Source: a virus. From it: a DNA stretch of 64,000 nucleotides. Each line of letters starts with the position of its first letter. Positions within the stretch are counted from its first letter, which is position 1. Below the pieces are notes generated by a model. The model made no database searches. It had not been told where the DNA came from and worked only from the letters and a program-made list of their open reading frames with translations. This document shows positions 17,542 through 27,963 of this stretch, piece after piece. Where the stretch lies: positions 32,001-96,000 of the IMG/VR virus record IMGVR_UViG_3300032246_002821. The stretch is one strand, 5' to 3'. Made by a program: the position numbers and the translations under genes.

Positions 17542-17553
17542 TTTTATCTCCTG

Positions 17554-17862
17554 TTATAGAGCTTTGGCAATAGTCAACCCTGTGGTTTTAGCCAGGTATT
17601 GATTAGCCAACTCTGATTCTGTAGGACCGTGAAAGGCCACTGCGTGTTTATTTAACACCACAGAAGCAGCGTTGGGGCCCATGCTAAAAACCGCAGGTGC
17701 TAGACCAAAACCGCCTTGTGGCGTATTGATCAGTACGTGCGGTTTGGTTAGTCTATAGTAAGTATCGGTTTCTTCTGCGATCCTGGCGACTACTTCCTCG
17801 CCAGCAGTGGTTTTGAGAGTGACTACATCGTTGGCTTCATAACTTGTTTTCGTTAATAACAC
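17554..17862 (-). CDS. Sm-like-fold hypothetical phage protein
   Basis: DVVTLKTTAGEEVVARI..E.D.YYRLTKP pattern. Confidence 0.55.
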   Translation of the reverse strand: MLLTKTSYEANDVVTLKTTAGEEVVARIAEETDTYYRLTKPHVLINTPQGGFGLAPAVFSMGPNAASVVLNKHAVAFHGPTESELANQYLAKTTGLTIAKAL

Positions 17863-18103
17863 GTTTATTTTCCTGGATATCTGAGGGATGCAACTGGGTC
17901 AGTCCAGTATAGCCACCCTCTACCAGTAATTTATCGTTATAGTATAGCTGTGGTACCGTTTTGTGACCTTGAGCTGTCAACCATTCCCTGAGATCAGGGT
18001 TCTTGGTGATGTTGACTTCTTCGTACTGTTCGCCTAGCTTTTTGAGATATGCTTTTGCGCCGTCACAATAGGGACAAAAATCTTTGGTATATACTATTAT
18101 CAC
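17837..18103 (-). CDS. Glutaredoxin (NrdC/NrdH-like)
   Basis: CPYC active site, TVPQ, GGY; located in the nrd operon. Confidence 0.92.
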   Translation of the reverse strand: MIIVYTKDFCPYCDGAKAYLKKLGEQYEEVNITKNPDLREWLTAQGHKTVPQLYYNDKLLVEGGYTGLTQLHPSDIQENKRVINENKL

Positions 18104-18789
18104 TTGCGGTCCCCCATAAGCTGTAGCAAGCTAGTAAAGATGTTTACAAAATCCAGATAAAGATTCAATGCACCAAATACACCAGCTTTTTCACGCTCGT
18201 CTCCCCACAGATCATAATATGTCTGCTTGATCTGTTGCATATCCCAGGCAGTCAAACCTGTGAAGATGATAACACCCAGCGCCGAGCAGATCATCTGTAA
18301 TGCACTGCTCTGCAGGAAGATGTTAACCAATCCAGCGATGATGATCCCGAAAAGGCCCATCATCAAAAAACTGCCCATATTACTAAGATCGCGTTTGGTT
18401 GTATAGCCCCACAATGCGGTGGTGCCGAATGTAGCGGCTGTGATGAAGAACACCTGGGCAATGCTGGCCATGGTATAAGCCACAAAAATACTGCTGAGGC
18501 TGAGTCCCATCAGGGCACTGAACACAAACAGGCAGATCTTCGCTGTGTCTAAGCTCATGCTATTGGCTTTGAACCCCATGAAAAACGCCATACCCAGTGG
18601 TGCCAGCATAACCACCCAAGCCACCGGTGTGCCCCATATGGCAGCGATCAATGCTGGTGTGGTTCCCACGATGAAAGCGATGGCACCACTGATGGCCAGT
18701 GCTGCTGTCATATAATTAAAAACACCGATCAAATAACGACGTAATCCTTGATCGTATGATTGTACACTATCTGTGTAATTGTCGTACAT
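18100..18789 (-). CDS. Bax inhibitor-1/YccA family membrane protein
   Basis: YDQGLRRYL..V.NYM, seven hydrophobic segments, YTTKRDLS, GALNLYLDFVNIF. Confidence 0.9.
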   Translation of the reverse strand: MYDNYTDSVQSYDQGLRRYLIGVFNYMTAALAISGAIAFIVGTTPALIAAIWGTPVAWVVMLAPLGMAFFMGFKANSMSLDTAKICLFVFSALMGLSLSSIFVAYTMASIAQVFFITAATFGTTALWGYTTKRDLSNMGSFLMMGLFGIIIAGLVNIFLQSSALQMICSALGVIIFTGLTAWDMQQIKQTYYDLWGDEREKAGVFGALNLYLDFVNIFTSLLQLMGDRK

Positions 18790-18799
18790 TGTCATCTCC

Positions 18800-19903
18800 T
18801 TATAATTTGAATCCTGCGAATGTATTATTGTCCACGTCTTGCACTGTGCCACCCTGGACATAACTGCTTATTTCGGTCTCCTGTGGCGCGACCTGAACAT
18901 CAGATCCAGCGATCCATTTCTGCGTCCAAGGCAGTGGATTACTTTTTGTGGCATATGGCTGACCCAGGCCCACTGCCTGCATACGCTTGTTGGCGATGAA
19001 TTCCACATATTCGGCCAACAACTGATAGTTGAGACCGATCATGCTGCCATCTTTGAACAGATATTGCGCCCAGGCCTTTTCCTGCTGCACAGCATCATCG
19101 AATAATTTAAGAGCTTCATCCCGGCATTCTACTTCGATCTTGGCATAATCAGGATCGTCCTTGGGCAGGATTTTCAGCAATGTCTGAGTGCTGGCCAGAT
19201 GCAGATTTTCATCACGAGCGATGAACTTGATGATCTTGGCGTTGCCTTCCATCTTCTTGAGCTCAGCAAACGCCCAACTACAAGCGAAGCTGACGTAGAA
19301 CCTGACACCCTCCAGGATGTTCACGCTCATCAAGCAAAGCCACAGGGCTTTCTTGTGCTCATATTCATTGCCTTTGTAGGCTTCTGGATCGTGTGCCATC
19401 ATGTTATTGTAGTGGATCAGTTTGTCATACCAACGACTGATGTCACCGGCGCAATCCACGATCTCCTGGATGTCCATGAGTTCGTCGAAAACCTTGCTTG
19501 GGTTTGCATACACGTTGCGGATAATGTGAGTGTAGCTACGACTGTGGATGGTCTCTGAAAATGTCCAGGTGGTGATCCAGCTCTCCAGTTCAGGCAGGCT
19601 GCACACAGGCCCAAACGCCACCATTGGAGCGCGGCCCTGTACACTATCCAGCAGGATCTGGCGTTTCAGGTTACTAGTGAAAATATGCTGTTCGTGTTCT
19701 GTCAGGTCCTTGAAGTCCTTGGCGTCACGTAGTGTGTCCACTTCCTGTGGCAACCAAAAAAATCCCAGTTGCTTCTCTGTCAGCTTATCGAACTGCTTGT
19801 ACTTCATGGTGTCGTAACGCTGGATGGTCACGCCACCATTGGGGTCCAAAAATGCCAGACTCTGAGTGTGATCACTTTTATTTTCGGTATCAAAAACGCT
19901 CAT
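18800..19903 (-). CDS. nrdB: Ribonucleotide reductase class Ia beta subunit
   Basis: FFWLPQEV, DSVQGR, ETIHSRSYTHI, LEGVRFYVSFA, RDENLH, QVAPQETE. Confidence 0.97.
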   Translation of the reverse strand: MSVFDTENKSDHTQSLAFLDPNGGVTIQRYDTMKYKQFDKLTEKQLGFFWLPQEVDTLRDAKDFKDLTEHEQHIFTSNLKRQILLDSVQGRAPMVAFGPVCSLPELESWITTWTFSETIHSRSYTHIIRNVYANPSKVFDELMDIQEIVDCAGDISRWYDKLIHYNNMMAHDPEAYKGNEYEHKKALWLCLMSVNILEGVRFYVSFACSWAFAELKKMEGNAKIIKFIARDENLHLASTQTLLKILPKDDPDYAKIEVECRDEALKLFDDAVQQEKAWAQYLFKDGSMIGLNYQLLAEYVEFIANKRMQAVGLGQPYATKSNPLPWTQKWIAGSDVQVAPQETEISSYVQGGTVQDVDNNTFAGFKL

Positions 19904-19912
19904 AATAACCTC

Positions 19913-22219
19913 TTAAATGGTGCAGCTTTCACAGTCTGCTTCGTTGACATCTGGTAATTCTACTACATCTGGAACAAACTTGTCAATGTTTATTTCGCCC
20001 TGACCGTCATAGGTGTTGAAGTAGTAAAGGGTCTTTGTGCCGTATTTGTAGCACATGAGCAGATGTTTCAGCATCTCGCTCATTGGTATCTTTTCGTCCG
20101 CATAATGCTGCGGATTATAACTGGTGTTGACACTGATGGCCTGGTCGATGTATTTCTGCAACACAGCACACAGCTTCAGATAACCTTCTGGGCTTTTCTG
20201 ATCCCACAGCAGCTCATACTTGTTTTTCAGCTTTTTAAATTCAGGCACAACCTGACGCAGTGCGCCGTGCTTGCTCTGTTTGATACTGATAAGACTGCGT
20301 GGAGGTTCGATACCATTGGTAGCATTGGCCACCTGTGCTGATGTTTCAGCAGGCATCAGTGCCATCAGTGTGCTGTTGCGGATGCCGGTTTCCTTCAGCT
20401 GTTCACGCAGGCTGTTCCAGTCCATGCGTTCAGTATGAGGCACCAGTTCATCCACTTCTTTCTTGTAAGTGTCGATAGGCAGGATGCCTGTGTGATATTT
20501 GGTCTGGCTGCTGAGTGGTGCTGCTCCCTTCTCACGAGCCAGGTCGGCTGATGCTTTGATCAGATAATAACTCCAGGCTTCGGCATATTCGTCTACCACA
20601 GCCAGTGCCGCTGGATCCGAATACTTGAGATCGTTCTTGGCCAGGAAGTAGGCAAAGTTGATGATGCCGATACCCAGTGGACGACGATTCATTGTGCTGA
20701 TCTCTGCGGCGATAACAGGATACTTCTGGTAGTCCAACAGTTCGTCCAGTCCACGCACAGCCAGGTCACACATCTTGGCGAAGTCGTGTGGTTCTTTCAC
20801 ATTGCCCCAGTTGATTGCTGATAATGTACACAGGCTTATCTCACCTTCAGGGTCGGCACTGTGTTGCAGTGGTTTTGTGGGCAGTGTGATTTCACAGCAC
20901 AGGTTGCTCTGGCGCACAGGGCTGGTGCTTTCCAGGAAACTGCTGTGTGTGTTGGCGTGATCCACATTCATCAGATAGATGCGACCGGTGTTCTTGCGTT
21001 CTTCCATGAACATACTGAACAGGTCCACTGCTTTGAATGTCTTCTTGCGGATCTTGGTGTTCTTTTCTGCTCGCTCATAAAGTTCCTTGAACCGGTCCTG
21101 ATCGTTGAAGAAAGCCTCATACATACCAGGTACTTCGTGTGGACTGAAGCAAGTGATGTCGCCACCTGTGAGTAATCTCTCATACATCAGCTTGTTGAAC
21201 TGCACACCATAATCCATATGGCGGATGCGAGTGTCTTCCGTGCCTTTGTTATTTTTGAGCACCAACAGGTCTTCCACTTCCAGATGCCATATGGGATAAT
21301 ACAATGTGGCAGCACCATTACGCACACCGCCCTGGCTGCAACTACGCACAGCACTCTGCAGGTGTTTCCAGAAAGGAATGACACCAGTGTGGCTGGTATC
21401 GCCATTACGCACGGCTGAACCGATGGCACGGATACGTCCAGCATTGATACCGATGCCAGCTTTCTGGCTCACATATTTGACGATACTGGTGGCTGTGGCA
21501 CTGATGCTGTCCAGGCTGTCGTCTGTCTCGATCAGCACACAACTGCTGAACTGGCGTTGTGGTGTACGGACACCTGCCATGATGGGAGTGGGCAAACTGA
21601 TGTCGTGCTTGCTGATGGCATCATAGTAATCCCGCACATATTTCATACGAGTAGCTTGGGGATAACGACTGAACAGGGTGGCAGCGATCAGCGCATAGGC
21701 CACCTGAGGTGTTTCTTTGATTTCACCAGTGACACGGTTCTGTACCAGGTACTTGCCACGCAGTTGCTCCATGGCCACATAAGTCAGGGTCTGGTCACGG
21801 TCGTGGTCCACGAACTTGTCGATCTGTTCCCATTCCGCTTCGGTATAATCTGTCAGCAGGCTGGGATCATAGAATCCTTCTTTGACATTCTTCTTGATCA
21901 GCGTCAGCAGTGGCCAGGGCTGATAATCATTGTACACTTCCTTACGCAGGTGATAATTGACCAGACGACCTGCCACATACTGATAGTGTGGTGCTACTTC
22001 GCTGATCAGATCTGCCGCCGCTTTGATCAGGGTTTCCTGGATTTCAGTGGTCTTGATGTTGTTGTATAGTTGGATCTGGCTTTTGATTTCCACTTCACTT
22101 GCACTTACGCCTGGCAAATTCTCCGTGGCCCAAAACACCACTCTGTGAAACTTCTCTAGATCTAGTAGTTCTTTTCTTCCGTCACGCTTTGTTACATTGA
22201 TACCGCGGCTGGCAATCAT
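19913..22219 (-). CDS. nrdA: Ribonucleotide reductase class Ia alpha subunit with ATP cone
   Basis: VTKRDG ATP cone, QFSSCVLI, SNLCCEITLP, LCTLSAIN, MPAETS, C-terminal CESC; no intein-sized insertion. Confidence 0.97.
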   Translation of the reverse strand: MIASRGINVTKRDGRKELLDLEKFHRVVFWATENLPGVSASEVEIKSQIQLYNNIKTTEIQETLIKAAADLISEVAPHYQYVAGRLVNYHLRKEVYNDYQPWPLLTLIKKNVKEGFYDPSLLTDYTEAEWEQIDKFVDHDRDQTLTYVAMEQLRGKYLVQNRVTGEIKETPQVAYALIAATLFSRYPQATRMKYVRDYYDAISKHDISLPTPIMAGVRTPQRQFSSCVLIETDDSLDSISATATSIVKYVSQKAGIGINAGRIRAIGSAVRNGDTSHTGVIPFWKHLQSAVRSCSQGGVRNGAATLYYPIWHLEVEDLLVLKNNKGTEDTRIRHMDYGVQFNKLMYERLLTGGDITCFSPHEVPGMYEAFFNDQDRFKELYERAEKNTKIRKKTFKAVDLFSMFMEERKNTGRIYLMNVDHANTHSSFLESTSPVRQSNLCCEITLPTKPLQHSADPEGEISLCTLSAINWGNVKEPHDFAKMCDLAVRGLDELLDYQKYPVIAAEISTMNRRPLGIGIINFAYFLAKNDLKYSDPAALAVVDEYAEAWSYYLIKASADLAREKGAAPLSSQTKYHTGILPIDTYKKEVDELVPHTERMDWNSLREQLKETGIRNSTLMALMPAETSAQVANATNGIEPPRSLISIKQSKHGALRQVVPEFKKLKNKYELLWDQKSPEGYLKLCAVLQKYIDQAISVNTSYNPQHYADEKIPMSEMLKHLLMCYKYGTKTLYYFNTYDGQGEINIDKFVPDVVELPDVNEADCESCTI

Positions 22220-22233
22220 TATCTGGTCCTTTT

Positions 22234-22683
22234 TCAAACTGGTAGGTGGTCAATAGTTACTGTGTTTATTAGATCGACTTCAGGGCCGATAGTGGAGATA
22301 TTTACCACGGCACCCAATTGGTAATTAAGCATATATTTCCCACTCTCACAGTTGACTAAATTAAGGTATTGGTGATTTTTTCTATCTTTGTAGCATTGTA
22401 ACACCATCGTGTCACGATGTCTATAATCGCTGTAGTATAAGGTATAGAACATTCCCAGCGCACGAGCGCAATCGCAATAATGACCTGCACCTATCAGTGA
22501 CCAGGCATCTGGCCAGTCCGTGGGATCATCCAAATTGAGATAACGATGTTCCAGTGGGCACTGGGCCCAATCGGCGGCAACCTGACTGACATAATCAGGT
22601 TGCAGATTTTTTCTATAATTTCGCCAATTAAGGATTCGATCTTCAGTACGTCCGTTAAACCATTTCCAAGTATCTGATTGCAT
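22234..22683 (-). CDS. Hypothetical phage protein
   Basis: ORF bridging the fibre gene and nrdA; start uncertain. Confidence 0.6.
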   Translation of the reverse strand: MQSDTWKWFNGRTEDRILNWRNYRKNLQPDYVSQVAADWAQCPLEHRYLNLDDPTDWPDAWSLIGAGHYCDCARALGMFYTLYYSDYRHRDTMVLQCYKDRKNHQYLNLVNCESGKYMLNYQLGAVVNISTIGPEVDLINTVTIDHLPV

Positions 22684-25600
22684 AGTTGAGAGTGCCAGTT
22701 CCGTTGGTATCACTTATATATTGAATGTCGCTGCTGCTGTAGGTAAATGTCACACCCACATCTCCTGTCTGGGTACTGTCATCATCGATAGCAAAGGCAC
22801 CGTTGAGCACTTTGGTGAAAGTGGTCCTGCCTGTTCTCACCTGGCTATTTCTCACGATGGTATAGATGAATTCGAATCCTGTGCTCTGATCCCAATCATC
22901 GAAATTGACACCCAGTGCTGCTGTGGTGCTGGCTGCAAGGGTGACACTCTTGCCCATATTTTGTTGGAAAGCACCCAGGCGTAGGCCCGTGGATAGGTTC
23001 CATTCAACGCTGCTAGCGGTTTCGGATACACGATGCACTGTGAGATTATAGGTGTCGGTCCTGTCGAATTGATCTGCGATACTACCGCAACCAACAGCAG
23101 TGCTGTCGAAATAGATTATCACGCTGGCTGGCAGAGTATATCCTCTGAGATCATTGGCTACATCGCGATAATAGTTACCCATACTGAGGAAATTGGTAGC
23201 ATTGGTGATGTAACATCCGCTGTCATATACCAGATCCATTATACTGTTGGTCAATGTGACATTTTTCGCGCTTGTGCCTGCAAAATACACACCCTGGTAA
23301 AGATTTTCGAAAGTACAACTGTCTATCAGAGTGTTTGTTAAATTTTGTCCAGAAGGCAAATATATGCCCACATTGAATCCATCGAACAGGCAGTCCGTGA
23401 CATTGAAATCACTGCTACTTACCAGGCTCTGGCCATTAATCCTGATGGCACTGGTGGGCACTCCCAGGATCGCATCATTCAAAGTGCTTACCGAAGTCTT
23501 GGGTCCTTTGAATCTCACATTGGTCAGGGTGACTCTGCTGGCGCTGTCCACGATGATACCATCACCTGTGCTGTTCAAGCTCATGTTCTGGATAGTGATG
23601 TCCGTGGGCAGACTGGCCCCGTTCAAACCTATAAGGCTCTGGGTCTGTTGCAGGTTATCTGCGGTATATATTACCCAGGTGATGTAAGGAGCGATATAAG
23701 GGCTGCGGGTCTGTGTTATGACCGTGTTGTATGCACCTTCACCCATCAGTATGGCGTGGCTGGGTACTTTGATGTCACTGCTGATCACATAGTTGCCTGC
23801 AGGGAAATACAGTATTTTCCTCGCTGCCAGGCTGCTGCTTCTGCAATAGATTTCATAAAGAGCGCGGTTGATGGCTTCCGTGTCATCTGTTGCACCATCG
23901 CCTTTGGCGCCGAAGTCTTTGACGCTGACGAAATCATCCAGTTTGTTCTGTAGTGGGCGTACGGTCCTGGCGCTGCCCACACTGAAGCTCTGGCTGGTCC
24001 AGGTCAGTCCATCAGTGCTGTAACTCAGTTGCCCATTGGCTCCGGCAGCTACGAATTGGGTATTATAAACAACCACTTCCAGATCGTAGGTAAGACTATT
24101 TGAGGTCTTTTTGAAGTATTTGTGTTGCTGTGTGCCATAATAGACCAGGCCATATTGGCCCACGATCACATTGACATTATTGTTATACGCTGTATCGAAC
24201 AGATAGGGAGCGATGAGATTGGTTCCGAAATATTGGGTGGAAGTGTTCCAAGTGCTGGCATCTGTGCTGGTGAGGTAAGTCAAGCCTATGTCACCACCCA
24301 CATAAAAATATGTGTTAACATAAGTCAGATCCATCAGATTGCTTTGAGTATATGTGGTCCTGGTGGTCCAACTACCTGGCAGTGCAGTTGCGCTCACTGC
24401 CACCACACCATTGTCACCCACAGCGATATAACGGCTGATGGTGCTATTCCAAATTATTTTGTTAAGATTACCTACAGCTACAGTGTTGCCACTGGGATCT
24501 GTGGCACTGTTGGCCAGAGCACTGATCCAGGTCACACCGCTGTCTGTGCTGTAGACACCTATACCTGATGCGCCCACTGCCACTGCTTTGGTGCTATTGA
24601 TGGTCACACTATTGAGATCTGTGGTAAGTCCGGTGCTCTGTGCAGTCCAGCTGGTGCTGTTGGTACCTGTCAGCACAGTGCCGCTGGCACCCACAATAAA
24701 ATAAGTGCTGCCAGTGATTTGGTTGATGCCATAGAGATTGTTGGATGTGCCGCTGGTTCTGCTGGTCCAGGTCACTGCATCAGGACTGGTGAGGATAACA
24801 CCGCTGTTGCCCACCACGATCCATCTGGTATTGGTGTTGTCATAGTATGCACGGTTCAATCCTGTGGATACGCCGCTTGTCTGAGCAGTCCAGGCGATGC
24901 CATTTGTACTGGTATATATACCGCCGCTACCTGTGAGCGCCACGAACTTGCCTGATCCTATACCATAATACAGTGTGGTAACGTTTTCCAAACCGCTGGC
25001 GATATTGCTGAGATAGCTGATCGTGGTGCCGCTGTTTTTGTAAACATCGCCCCAGCTGGTTATGTAGAAAGCATTGGTGCCATCGTTGGTGACACCTGTG
25101 TAAGCGTCGATCAAACTTCTAGACCAGGTCACAGCATCGGTGCTGTAAAACACCTTGCTATTGCCGCCCACGGCAATGAAAGCACTGTCTTGATAATGCA
25201 CACCATACAGATCATATGATGTGATGCTGCTGCTGGTCCAGGTTATGCCATCGGTACTGACTGCTACCTTGCCTCCGGTACCCACTGCCACGTATTTGCT
25301 GCCGCTGTAGCATAATCCTTGCAAGCTGGTGGTGATAGCAGGTGTGACACCTGACTGCAATGTCCAAGTGATGCCGTCCAGGCTGCTATAGATGCTACCG
25401 GTCAGTGTGACCAGGACGAATTTGCTTGCACCATAGATGATGTCATTGATGGTGGTGTATGCCACCAGGCTCAGGCTATATGTGGTCCAGTAAGTGGCAT
25501 TGGTGGGTAGATAGCCCAGCGTGGTGCTCAGTGCTTTGTATGTGGTGCCCTGGTAATTGACCAGATCATTGGCATTGTAAGTGGTGGTGCTGACGAAGTC

Positions 25601-26089
25601 CTGTTGCACTCCTGCCTGCTTCCACACGGTTCCGTCTGTGCTGTAGATGATGGTACCATTGCCACCCACAGCCACGAATTTACCTGCACCATAAGCAACA
25701 CCCAATAGATTGTTTGTGGTACCGCTCTTGGTATTGCTCCAGTTGATACCATCGCTGCTTATCAAGATATTGCCGTTGGTGCCCACAGCCACATAAATGC
25801 TGGCACCATATGTCACTGCATTGTATTGTGCTTTGGCACCACCTGTGACAGGATTGTATCCGGCATCGGTATTTTTATATGTATATGTGTTAGCCAGGTT
25901 CAGGATATCGCTGTATTCGGTGAGGATTTCCGTGTTTCCGGTTTCTGGAGCACCATCAGCAAGCGTACCGTTACCGATGTACAGTTTTCGTTGATCCACA
26001 CTGTAACCCAGTTCTGCCTTGCTTAACTGTGGAAGATTCGCTCCCAATCCGCTGCGATGTTGTATTCTGGAAATTTGCACAATGGCCAT
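22655..26089 (-). CDS. Tail fibre/baseplate receptor-binding-type protein: N-terminal attachment domain, BNR/Ycf48-like propeller repeats, pectate-lyase-like beta-helix
   Basis: MAIVQISRIQHRSG..LPQL..AELG...DQRKLYIGNG N-terminus; many VAVG..G.I..S.DG..W repeats; VSVKDFGAKGDGATDDTEAINRAL. Confidence 0.8.
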   Translation of the reverse strand: MAIVQISRIQHRSGLGANLPQLSKAELGYSVDQRKLYIGNGTLADGAPETGNTEILTEYSDILNLANTYTYKNTDAGYNPVTGGAKAQYNAVTYGASIYVAVGTNGNILISSDGINWSNTKSGTTNNLLGVAYGAGKFVAVGGNGTIIYSTDGTVWKQAGVQQDFVSTTTYNANDLVNYQGTTYKALSTTLGYLPTNATYWTTYSLSLVAYTTINDIIYGASKFVLVTLTGSIYSSLDGITWTLQSGVTPAITTSLQGLCYSGSKYVAVGTGGKVAVSTDGITWTSSSITSYDLYGVHYQDSAFIAVGGNSKVFYSTDAVTWSRSLIDAYTGVTNDGTNAFYITSWGDVYKNSGTTISYLSNIASGLENVTTLYYGIGSGKFVALTGSGGIYTSTNGIAWTAQTSGVSTGLNRAYYDNTNTRWIVVGNSGVILTSPDAVTWTSRTSGTSNNLYGINQITGSTYFIVGASGTVLTGTNSTSWTAQSTGLTTDLNSVTINSTKAVAVGASGIGVYSTDSGVTWISALANSATDPSGNTVAVGNLNKIIWNSTISRYIAVGDNGVVAVSATALPGSWTTRTTYTQSNLMDLTYVNTYFYVGGDIGLTYLTSTDASTWNTSTQYFGTNLIAPYLFDTAYNNNVNVIVGQYGLVYYGTQQHKYFKKTSNSLTYDLEVVVYNTQFVAAGANGQLSYSTDGLTWTSQSFSVGSARTVRPLQNKLDDFVSVKDFGAKGDGATDDTEAINRALYEIYCRSSSLAARKILYFPAGNYVISSDIKVPSHAILMGEGAYNTVITQTRSPYIAPYITWVIYTADNLQQTQSLIGLNGASLPTDITIQNMSLNSTGDGIIVDSASRVTLTNVRFKGPKTSVSTLNDAILGVPTSAIRINGQSLVSSSDFNVTDCLFDGFNVGIYLPSGQNLTNTLIDSCTFENLYQGVYFAGTSAKNVTLTNSIMDLVYDSGCYITNATNFLSMGNYYRDVANDLRGYTLPASVIIYFDSTAVGCGSIADQFDRTDTYNLTVHRVSETASSVEWNLSTGLRLGAFQQNMGKSVTLAASTTAALGVNFDDWDQSTGFEFIYTIVRNSQVRTGRTTFTKVLNGAFAIDDDSTQTGDVGVTFTYSSSDIQYISDTNGTGTLNYAIRYLEMV

Positions 26090-26113
26090 GGTAATCTCTC
26101 TTTAGAGTATTTA

Positions 26114-26812
26114 TCAGTTAGACAGATAGTATTCAGCTACCCTAGTCCACCATTTTTCTGTCCAGTATTCATACTCGTCCGCTTTGATGATCCAGCGTTG
26201 GGGTTCCAGGTCCTTGCTGCACATCAGCACCACTATCTGAGCAACATCAGTGCCAAAAAGATGATTATGAGCTTGACTATATGCCGCACCTTGCAGGAAG
26301 TAGTCATCGATCCATTCGGTTCTCTTGGGTTTGTTAGTCTGTTTAAAGTCGATGATACTGGGTTTTCCATCGTATACTCCCACTAGGTCAGTAGTACCTG
26401 CATATAGACCAGTGTGATACAGATTGGCTTCGCTTGCCCACCATTCCTGTAAGCTGGGTTTCAGATATTCGTCGATGATTATTTGTGCCATCTTGGCGGC
26501 CTGTTGATGTACCATATTGCCGCCCGTCTTGAGCTCACCGTGTTCCAGCCAGTTTTCCAACTGCTTGTGCATACTGGTACCACGTCCTGCTGCTTCGGTG
26601 GTGATGGCTTGTGCCTGTGTGTGACCCACACGATTGCGCCATTCCTGTAGTGCTTGCCGCTTTTCCTCTGGTTTGGTCTTGTCCAGGATCGTGGTCACAC
26701 TGGGCACAGCATCTGTGCCATTGGTCTCGTATAAACGACCGCGGTCTGTCTGCCTGCGGGTCAATTTGGGATAATTGAATGTGGGATTATATTTTACCAG
26801 GTTATTTGCCAA
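26114..26812 (-). CDS. PD-(D/E)XK exonuclease (Cas4/lambda-exo-like)
   Basis: PSVTTIL, RGTSMH, E..LY, YAGTTDL, IIDFKQ, YFLQ.AAY. Confidence 0.85.
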   Translation of the reverse strand: MANNLVKYNPTFNYPKLTRRQTDRGRLYETNGTDAVPSVTTILDKTKPEEKRQALQEWRNRVGHTQAQAITTEAAGRGTSMHKQLENWLEHGELKTGGNMVHQQAAKMAQIIIDEYLKPSLQEWWASEANLYHTGLYAGTTDLVGVYDGKPSIIDFKQTNKPKRTEWIDDYFLQGAAYSQAHNHLFGTDVAQIVVLMCSKDLEPQRWIIKADEYEYWTEKWWTRVAEYYLSN

Positions 26813-27132
26813 TATATGTACTGTCCATCGCTACTTTTACGACTCACAGTATAACCTAATTTGGTGAAATTGTCAATAACGGCCTTCATCTGGCCGTCCA
26901 GAGCATTGTTGGTAATGGTAGTTTGCCACACATTGAAATAGTTGGCATTCAGTGTCATAGGGCTACCCACCACTGTGTTTCCTGCAAAGCTAGTACGAGT
27001 GTTTGCTCCCAAACTGGCACTGACATTACCAGCTGCTGCTTGTGTCAATATGTTGATATTGAGCAGGGCTATTTCAGTTTCAACAGTTGGGCTACTTAAA
27101 CTTTTTGTTCTGGTATCTGATGCAGTTAACAT
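26794..27132 (-). CDS. Hypothetical protein
   Basis: 112-aa ORF in a run of probable structural genes. Confidence 0.65.
   Translation of the reverse strand: MLTASDTRTKSLSSPTVETEIALLNINILTQAAAGNVSASLGANTRTSFAGNTVVGSPMTLNANYFNVWQTTITNNALDGQMKAVIDNFTKLGYTVSRKSSDGQYIYWQITW
26848..26876 (-). promoter_or_regulatory. Sigma70-type promoter TTGACA-N17-TATACT embedded in the upstream CDS
   Basis: Near-consensus hexamers about 35 nt upstream of the exonuclease start. Confidence 0.7.
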
Positions 27133-27149
27133 TTTGGTCTCCCAATTAC

Positions 27150-27956
27150 TTATTTGGTTTTTTTGTTTTTGGGTCGTTTAACTTTATAAGTCTTGCCATC
27201 TACCGTGAACTCTGATGCTCCTGCGGCCCTGGCTGCTACCAGTGCGCCGCTGAAGGCGTTGCCTTCACGTAAACTCAGTTCCCTGTCGGTGGCATCCACG
27301 GCAGCCTGCCATAATCTGTCCATGGCACCTGTGTTACGCAACAGCTTGAATGTGAGATTCTCCACACCATATTCGCCCGATTGTTCCAATCCAGCCTGGC
27401 GCATTTTCTTTATCTTGTCTTTCAATTTGTTTATAGTGTCGCTGTCACCACTGTGTACCGCCTGCATTATATCGCTGTTGAGTTGTGTGAATTTGTGTTC
27501 TATATTGGTGCTGTCGGGATTGGCTGTGATGTGTTTGGGTTTTTTTAACCAGGCATCGTGGAACACGCTGTACACGCCATTGCTGATGTGCGCTTGGTCG
27601 CTGTCCTGCACATAAACTTCCACAGTGTGACCCAGTATGTCTATGTCGTGCTGATCATTGAATTGTGATTTTTTAGCCAGGAACAGTTCCCTTAGATTGG
27701 CTTCGCAAGGACTGTTCACGTCTGCTGTCAGGTGTAGATCTATATCCGAATTCTGATTGTAATTGTAGCTGGCGTTACTGCCACTGATAGTGATATCAGT
27801 GAGAGCCAGATCCGGAACATTTATGAATTTAATAAATGCCTTGGCTATGCGGAACAGAGCCAGTCTGACTTCTGGACGTAAATGATTGTCTACCCATAGA
27901 TCAGGATTTAAATGTTTGTGAAAATGTACAAGCTGATCCAGATCGTCTATACGCAT
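27150..27956 (-). CDS. Pol-beta-superfamily nucleotidyltransferase
   Basis: hGS motif (ISGSNASY), DxD (SDIDLHL), third acidic strand VEVYVQD. Confidence 0.75.
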   Translation of the reverse strand: MRIDDLDQLVHFHKHLNPDLWVDNHLRPEVRLALFRIAKAFIKFINVPDLALTDITISGSNASYNYNQNSDIDLHLTADVNSPCEANLRELFLAKKSQFNDQHDIDILGHTVEVYVQDSDQAHISNGVYSVFHDAWLKKPKHITANPDSTNIEHKFTQLNSDIMQAVHSGDSDTINKLKDKIKKMRQAGLEQSGEYGVENLTFKLLRNTGAMDRLWQAAVDATDRELSLREGNAFSGALVAARAAGASEFTVDGKTYKVKRPKNKKTK

Positions 27957-27963
27957 CTGGTAT

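Noticed and set aside
19913-22219. Intein or group I intron in nrdA (also checked nrdB, helicase, uvsX, dnaE)
   Set aside because: Lengths and motif spacing are normal; no splicing or homing-endonuclease motifs were seen
26114-26812. Cas4-like exonuclease as evidence of a CRISPR-related system
   Set aside because: Such nucleases are common in large phages; no array or other cas genes are nearby, and the Fe-S cysteines are absent
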